Program-made: the position numbers and the translations under genes
Shown: piece after piece, positions 29,201 through 32,000 of the stretch
How positions within the stretch are numbered: the stretch's first letter is position 1
Layout of the letters: each line of letters begins with the position of its first letter
The notes under the pieces: generated by a model
What the model saw: the letters and a program-made list of their open reading frames with translations, nothing else
The model's database searches: none
What the model was told of the DNA's origin: nothing
Assembly: GCA_965224465.1 (NCBI GenBank)
Contig: OZ245049.1
Location: 3,330,001-3,362,000 of the forward strand
Direction of reading: 5' to 3'
DNA: 32,000 nt
Origin: Flavobacteriaceae bacterium
Lineage (GTDB): Bacteria; Bacteroidota; Bacteroidia; Flavobacteriales; Flavobacteriaceae

Positions 29201-32000
29201 CTTATACCTACGAAATTGTAGGTGTGGAAGCAGCGGCAAATAGTCAAGTTGCAGGTACGCCTTTAGGTTTGCCTACTACAATTTGGACCCAAGCGAATAT
29301 TAAAAGTGAATATAAAATTATTATTACGGATGTGAATACAACCTGTTCTGTTTCTAAATCCGTATTTGTACAGGATAAAATACAACCTGTTGTGGATTCT
29401 TTCCAAGGAACAGATGTTACCTGTAATGGGGCTGACAATGGAAGTATTACTATTACAGCCAAGAACAATGGTATAAAATCGTTTACGTTTGAAATTACGG
29501 CACCTTTAGCAATTGCAGCTACTACTTTTGATAATTTTACAGCTACTTTTGATAAGTTAAAAGGAAATGTCACTGGGATCGTTTATACAGTTAAGATAAC
29601 TGGAGCTAACGGATGTGTTACAAATAAAACTGTGACCATTAAAGAACCAAGCCTTGTTAGTATCGATAAAATTGATGTGATTCAGTTTGGGTGTACAACA
29701 GGAAATTCACCTAATACAGCAAGTATTACTGTAGCTACAGTAAGTGGTGGTAATGGAGGTAGTGTTGGTACGTATACTAAGATAGAATTTGTTAATTCTG
29801 ATGGAGATACGGTTCAAAGTGGAATCAAAAATACGTTGAATATACTGTACAATACTGCCTTGGACTCCTATGATGTTGCTATGGGAACAAAAACTCCAGG
29901 AGAGTTTACGATCAATGTTTACGATAGTAAGGGATGTATGGCTACAAGTACAAGAACAATTTTGCCTTTTGATGAGATTAATGATGTAACCATTAGTATT
30001 ATAGAGCCAATCTCTTGTGTAAATGCAGGGGAGGATATTCAAATAAATGTGAATTCTTCTAATAGTGACCTTACAAGATTTGAGTACTCAGACGATAATG
30101 GAGTAAATTATCAAGCTTTAAATCAGTTTAGTGATTTAGCAATTGGAGTCCATTATTTTCTAGTGAGACATCAGGATACAAAATGTGTATATTCTATAAG
30201 TCATCAGGTGAAAGAACCTAATATATTTACGGCTAAAGTTGATATTGTAAGTCATGTGAATTGTAAAGGGACAGTGACGGGTGAAGTTACTTTTGAATTG
30301 GTTGATGCTTCGTATGTAGGAGGGTTTAATTGGGAGATATTTGATACCAAAGGCACCTTAACAACTGATGCAGATGATACTTCTGTAGATACAGGAACGG
30401 AAACTGCAAATGGACCAACAAGTATTGTGAATATTGCTGCAGGATCTTATTATGTGGTTCTAACACAAGCAAACATACCGACTTGTAATAATAGAGTGTA
30501 TTTCACAATTAACGAACCTGCTTTGGTATTGTCAGGAACGCGCACTATCAATCCTATCACCTGTGTTGGAAATGACGGTGTAATAGCAATTACGCCAAAA
30601 GGTGGATGGGGAAATTATCAATATTATGTAGGAAATACAGCTCCAAGTGCTGGAAGTTGGGTTTCAACGTCTTCTTTTACGGGGTTAAAAGCAGGTACGT
30701 ACCAAGTATGGCTTAAAGATTCGTCAGTATGTGAGGTGCAATTACCAGATGTTGATTTGAAAAATCCTACTGCCATTACTGCTACGTTAGGTATCACCAA
30801 TCAAAATTGTTTAGGAACAAATGGAGCTGTTGTAGTGACTGGAGTAACTGGAGGAGACGGTGTTAATTATGTATATCAATTGTTTAGAAATGGAATCATG
30901 TTAGGTGCTTCACAGTCAAGTCCTGTTTTTGGGAATTTGATTGCAGGTGATTATCATGTAGATATTACGGATTCTTGGGGATGTACTGGGACAACAGGTA
31001 CAGATATCAAATTATTTGAGGTCTTAGTTCCTCGTATTACTATTGATAAAGGACTTGATTGTACAGTCAGTCCTGGGGGGGCATTTACAGCTTCTGTAAC
31101 GGGTGGTTCAGGTAGTTTTAACTATGTGATAACCTTCCCTGATAGTTCAACACGTACCAATACTACAGGTGTCTTTACAAACTTAAGACTTACTGGAACA
31201 TATACGATTGTTATGACGGATACTCAGACGAATTGTAGCGCTAGCGAGACGGAAACTTTAGTTGCAGCATCTGGTGTTGCGTTGTTACCTTCTTCTGTAA
31301 CAGATGTAAAATGTTTTGGAGGTAGTGATGGTGTAATTACTGTAAATATGAATGTGTCAACAGCGACTACGAATAACGAACCTGTTTATACATACCAAAT
31401 TATATCGGTGTCTCCACTCGTAGCGCCTCAAAACACTGCTATTTTTACGGATTTACCAAAAGGGACCTATACGATTCGTGTTGTTTCTTCTAAAGGATGT
31501 TTTTCTGAAGTAACAGCAGATGTTAATGAGCCTGTTGCTTTATCAGTAGCGGCATCAGCAACTACGTTTGCTTGTACTTCGAATAATTTATCCAATACGG
31601 TACTTTTAACCGCGGTTGCAGCGAATGGTACTTCGGGTTATGTTTATAGTATCAATGGTGTAGACTTTAAAAGTTCAAATACCTTTGATATTGTTGATAC
31701 AGGAGCTGTTCAAAATATTACAGTAACGGTAAAAGATGCCAATGGATGTAGTGCAGCGACTTTGTCTCCTGTTATTATTAATCCATTACCGTCTCTTATG
31801 AGTGTTACTGTAAATCAAAATATTGCAATTACTTGTAGGAATCCAGAAAATGTGATTGTGACTGTAGTTGGTGGTTCGGGTGATTTTACCTACGAATTAC
31901 TGCCTATAGGTACAAATAAGAAGGTAATTATAAGCCAAACACAAGATTTTGATCTTCCAAGCGCAGGTACTTATACCTTTAAAGTGATCGATAATATTAC
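20278..32000 (+). CDS. Giant SprB-repeat cell-surface adhesin, 5' partial (more than 3907 codons, runs off the window)
   Basis: ATG at 20278, frame +1. Signal peptide ...AFLFVLLSVNFNVLFAQT. I checked the frame at 11 positions from 21361 to 31981 and all were in frame. The track lists no frame +1 pieces here, which fits a single ORF with no stop. Architecture: ~380-aa head (FAGLYWGA, AAGWTLVIVYENP), a DUF11-like domain, Ig-like segments, then dozens of ~80-100-aa SprB-type repeats (e.g. VSCKGANGSIRVQV, VKCKGTSTGSITIQL, VTCNGGTDGSISVQV, GG.APYTY, ...D..GC). Confidence 0.9.
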   Translation, partial: MKTIVFTPSYTKFIKIHYAFLFVLLSVNFNVLFAQTAVPFKARFNVSLRGDLTMISNNILNRDGGNGAGTNVPYNGERCNNHFDMQYIDVDSDPTTDSSSSATFSFPENTCSKVKFAGLYWGAIYMDSNRDARYTSVKLKLPGTAKYVTVAATDIIFNDQNTFDQDPYACFADVTNLVTGLTSPEGEYTVANIFASLGKDSVGNVPDCGTAAGWTLVIVYENPKLPNRNITIFDGFSGVTDTSLLNSATINVNGFTTIPNGHVRARIAVSCLEGDREYDDDRYSISTSQNTGTDTALFDTANPVNNFFNSSISIDGTQFNDRVPNSGNSLGWDSDLFTISNPGNSVIGNNETSATLKLKTDGDTFFVFQTSFVVDVISPEITLLKTVDDGNNKSLKGQDVTLGDSLWYQLEFNNSGNDDATKTMIIDSLPINVDLVESSISSLISGVTYSYIPPAASSGGVLKFLIDDKLVTKGGAKYKIRFKVKITDQCNNLRNACENKIENQAFSYYSGKVSNIDVIAHPSFNSLDKCGAGIPGATNFLVDVKGCTLDRTEVLCSGNSLVLTAGSGYASYEWKNPSGQIILGKTSKTLKVDKTGVYTVKKTAKAPCVTATEIINVVSSTDDNMNPLLRKENGKYLFVDVVKTCENNGNKLAEIYFCSTTAFKNINLGALDTQEIKWQKLDKNLEIDPSSKCPNVDATNDKWTTVGSTNSFKVENPGDYRLNIVFKGGCQSYYYFKVFKAPVKAKAEKLDILCDKDGSITIVNIPDSLYEFSFVKKGETAGVYKTERKFIVKTPGDYTVYYRHKDAPETACVSKIEDIHISKLDITVTPTEKNVSCKGANGSIRVQVGNVPGPYTIVLKDMKGAKIGTYGPNDFGDYTFDKLSEGSYQVVATAGGCSKTIGNIKIKNNNLLSLKAFVKQHISCEKGKIEVSVLGKKGGKESFSYAIDSFKLDRKSSWTTLTNYNYQTSNIFDIPLDDAGTYIFRMIDNNSTDKACPVLSNKILIYKEAKVAYTVSKTDVKCKGTSTGSITIQLPRKLNGNVLSFTLYDGVVGKEIYEKGSFTYSKTFSGKPAGGYTLVVRVKKGDSFCYFPETIRISEPENSLSGTLTLKQDIVCFENGEISIVGTGGKAPYTYSIDGTKYGDKSEFSKLTAGTYYGYIKDVDGCPFTTKPITIQKLDPPTALAFNNTAISCPSLSTNLTVNVTGGVGNLVYEIIAPAAAVTNNGNINVFTGLSEGATYTIRVTDEKNCVIEAMYKIEVTTKISVTGTVDNDVNCKETATGKATFTVTGFSGTYSYAIGTTVVTFQSASSIVLNALAAGNHTLTVTDDTTNCTSSHTVTIRESILATSMSLQSTSIICNKNATITVTASGGGGGFQYQLETSTGTVITPYNNNLTFINVTQGSYNVFVRDLSGCVISQNINIGAATGPSVRISLDSPCYTSTGNVTITAVGTGIAPLRYSLDGGNFKDSPIFANVNPGNYSVRVKDGNGCETVSSVLTVSSELSLSAQFLNITACGSSTNVTITAIGGDGTYTYAIVNAGLIPVAANFSTINPITVTSVGNYDVYVKDGKDCRDFINITVTKDPALTVSVNTSSVLCSGDLATLTVTAAGGEAPYTYRLLNALSTEIRPSQPSSVFTNVPVGNYIVSVSDIRSCSATSTLVNVTEPNSLSAVVGVTALVSCSANSTAEVRVANAIGGTPFPSPTPYRYSFDGELNYGTSNIQQLPVGIHTVYIQDMNGCSFPMNVEVLGPLAAPNYTRSSSVVYNCSGLGAFTVKPDDPTPLYRYTYSIDKGPELTPAPGEIDYTFTGLTVGNHIVQMNYTSLVTPMPSVLFRETFGTGANTTNTNVGPAYCYEPQDGTGSCNFGRSINDGEYCVTQAVAAPFFTWRSPNDRSGVPNGRFLVINIGNTVGVNGIIYQQAVTDAIPNRDITVQLSAFNLLMSTVNGQADPNIVVQLTDALGVVLLDASSNPIQASTGDIPKNTGATNWIDCNLTLNPGSNTAFNIVIRSNSTAIMGNDIAIDDILVFQLPRQCPTTIEIPFTLEVKDFNVSSSSKNVTCNGGTDGSISVQVNNIDPFGKGYRYKVGAAAWSALQFSSTLTVPGLNAGSHTVYFEPVNPDGTTDCPTSITETIKEPTAVIANASITGNITCTNNGATITASASGGTGPYQYQLETPTGGVTTAYQKSKIFSGVAPGTYNIRVIDKNNCEVITGTQIVIAAPTTIVFGLVETNCYAGDNNGSIVVTVTAGNGMYEFSRNGTSFYRPSPSTALTYTFKKLTPDNYTIYVRDKNGCLISMNVTIEPSLSASAGLVKDIECKLPTGGQISITTNGGNGTYTYRWSDDAGVTWYGSNILSTSTGGTFTYGTAGSYIFKVTDASGCEVTTKKINLTLPIEPDFTLSPTNVLCNGDNSGVIKVTIDKTKGLAPFLINVYNTTLKKDMGVQTINLLAGDYKVTVTDEKGCSKIKNITISQPIEIDGHVTSTDITCANPNNVLGTITIDASGTGTPPYTYRVYNTDLSFDSTVSSAASHTFTNLNFGLYKVDITDANQCLKITSTSIGTAPNVLVTTVGAPTCSTGSITVQANTTTVSPLSNGPYYFSIYPVASLAPSGAGWYRGISVTLPNATTTENYTFNGLTPGVRYTFEVYDASTGCSFIQEANNFIIPVSTLVATIDDIKEVTCRGSSDGVVAFSITNYEVTATQVDYQVYQTVTIKKITGQSGSFTGLNGASASASLTGLAPGEYFIQFTEVNGGNPGCISTSAPFLIGQSPKLLEIKASFDKNENCSKLGSVKALAKFGTPPYTYQIQLSTDPIPTVSTWTGVNTNGEFKKAKGTYKVFVKDAFNCIKGSLGVIIGLDPSPSITATADYAGCPSEGNFKVSINLDTAGIPPYYLQINGGAKKDITKFISITKPYVISGLSSGSYTFKVFDANGCSETVAESVTIAAPLEFNVSISKLLDCLASPNAEITITGVVGSGSYTYEIVGVEAAANSQVAGTPLGLPTTIWTQANIKSEYKIIITDVNTTCSVSKSVFVQDKIQPVVDSFQGTDVTCNGADNGSITITAKNNGIKSFTFEITAPLAIAATTFDNFTATFDKLKGNVTGIVYTVKITGANGCVTNKTVTIKEPSLVSIDKIDVIQFGCTTGNSPNTASITVATVSGGNGGSVGTYTKIEFVNSDGDTVQSGIKNTLNILYNTALDSYDVAMGTKTPGEFTINVYDSKGCMATSTRTILPFDEINDVTISIIEPISCVNAGEDIQINVNSSNSDLTRFEYSDDNGVNYQALNQFSDLAIGVHYFLVRHQDTKCVYSISHQVKEPNIFTAKVDIVSHVNCKGTVTGEVTFELVDASYVGGFNWEIFDTKGTLTTDADDTSVDTGTETANGPTSIVNIAAGSYYVVLTQANIPTCNNRVYFTINEPALVLSGTRTINPITCVGNDGVIAITPKGGWGNYQYYVGNTAPSAGSWVSTSSFTGLKAGTYQVWLKDSSVCEVQLPDVDLKNPTAITATLGITNQNCLGTNGAVVVTGVTGGDGVNYVYQLFRNGIMLGASQSSPVFGNLIAGDYHVDITDSWGCTGTTGTDIKLFEVLVPRITIDKGLDCTVSPGGAFTASVTGGSGSFNYVITFPDSSTRTNTTGVFTNLRLTGTYTIVMTDTQTNCSASETETLVAASGVALLPSSVTDVKCFGGSDGVITVNMNVSTATTNNEPVYTYQIISVSPLVAPQNTAIFTDLPKGTYTIRVVSSKGCFSEVTADVNEPVALSVAASATTFACTSNNLSNTVLLTAVAANGTSGYVYSINGVDFKSSNTFDIVDTGAVQNITVTVKDANGCSAATLSPVIINPLPSLMSVTVNQNIAITCRNPENVIVTVVGGSGDFTYELLPIGTNKKVIISQTQDFDLPSAGTYTFKVIDNI
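21418..21745 (+). other. DUF11 / 'conserved repeat domain'-like module within the giant adhesin
   Basis: ITLLKTVDDGNNKSLKGQDVTLGDSLWYQLEFNNSGNDDATKTMIIDSLPINVDL...KYKIRFKVKITDQ fits the pattern K.vd....v.pGd.l.Y...v.N.G...a....i.D.lP. Confidence 0.6.
25765..26367 (+). other. Non-repeat ~200-aa domain embedded in the SprB-repeat array (jelly-roll / carbohydrate-binding-like candidate)
   Basis: Begins SVLFRETFGTGANTTN and ends NSTAIMGNDIAIDDILVFQLP. It lacks the Cys-Gly repeat signature. The terminal GND.A.DDI motif is common at the end of beta-sandwich binding modules in Bacteroidota surface proteins. Confidence 0.5.

Noticed and set aside
20934-30042. Eleven track ORFs (9 minus, 2 plus in frame +2) between 20934 and 30042
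   Set aside because: All overlap the continuous frame +1 giant adhesin ORF. None has a recognisable motif. They are antisense or off-frame shadows of a repeat-rich gene.

Overview
AT-rich chromosomal segment that looks like Bacteroidota, class Flavobacteriia, judging by protein families, TAnnTTTG promoter boxes and T9SS sorting domains. All credible genes are on the + strand. In order: (1) a secreted metzincin protease with a P-domain and a type-A T9SS C-terminal domain (CTD), plus a small FN3-like lipoprotein. (2) A 934-bp ORF-free spacer. (3) A TonB-dependent receptor paired with an SGNH/GDSL lipoprotein. (4) atpD-atpC. (5) A type-B-CTD Ig-repeat surface protein followed directly by a PorP/SprF-family gene that carries three C-terminal SPOR-like repeats. 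(6) A ~3-kb decayed zone (17.2-20.3 kb) holding a dead IS66-family element, a heptanucleotide microsatellite and relics of earlier adhesin/SprF cassettes. (7) A giant SprB-repeat adhesin gene starting at 20278 and still open at the window end (more than 3900 codons). The ORF track omits this last gene because it has no stop in the window. I found no rRNA, tRNA, CRISPR array or recognisable defence system. The most unusual content is the modular adhesin plus SprF::SPOR locus and its decay products. All similarity statements come from by-eye motif reading, not computed alignments.
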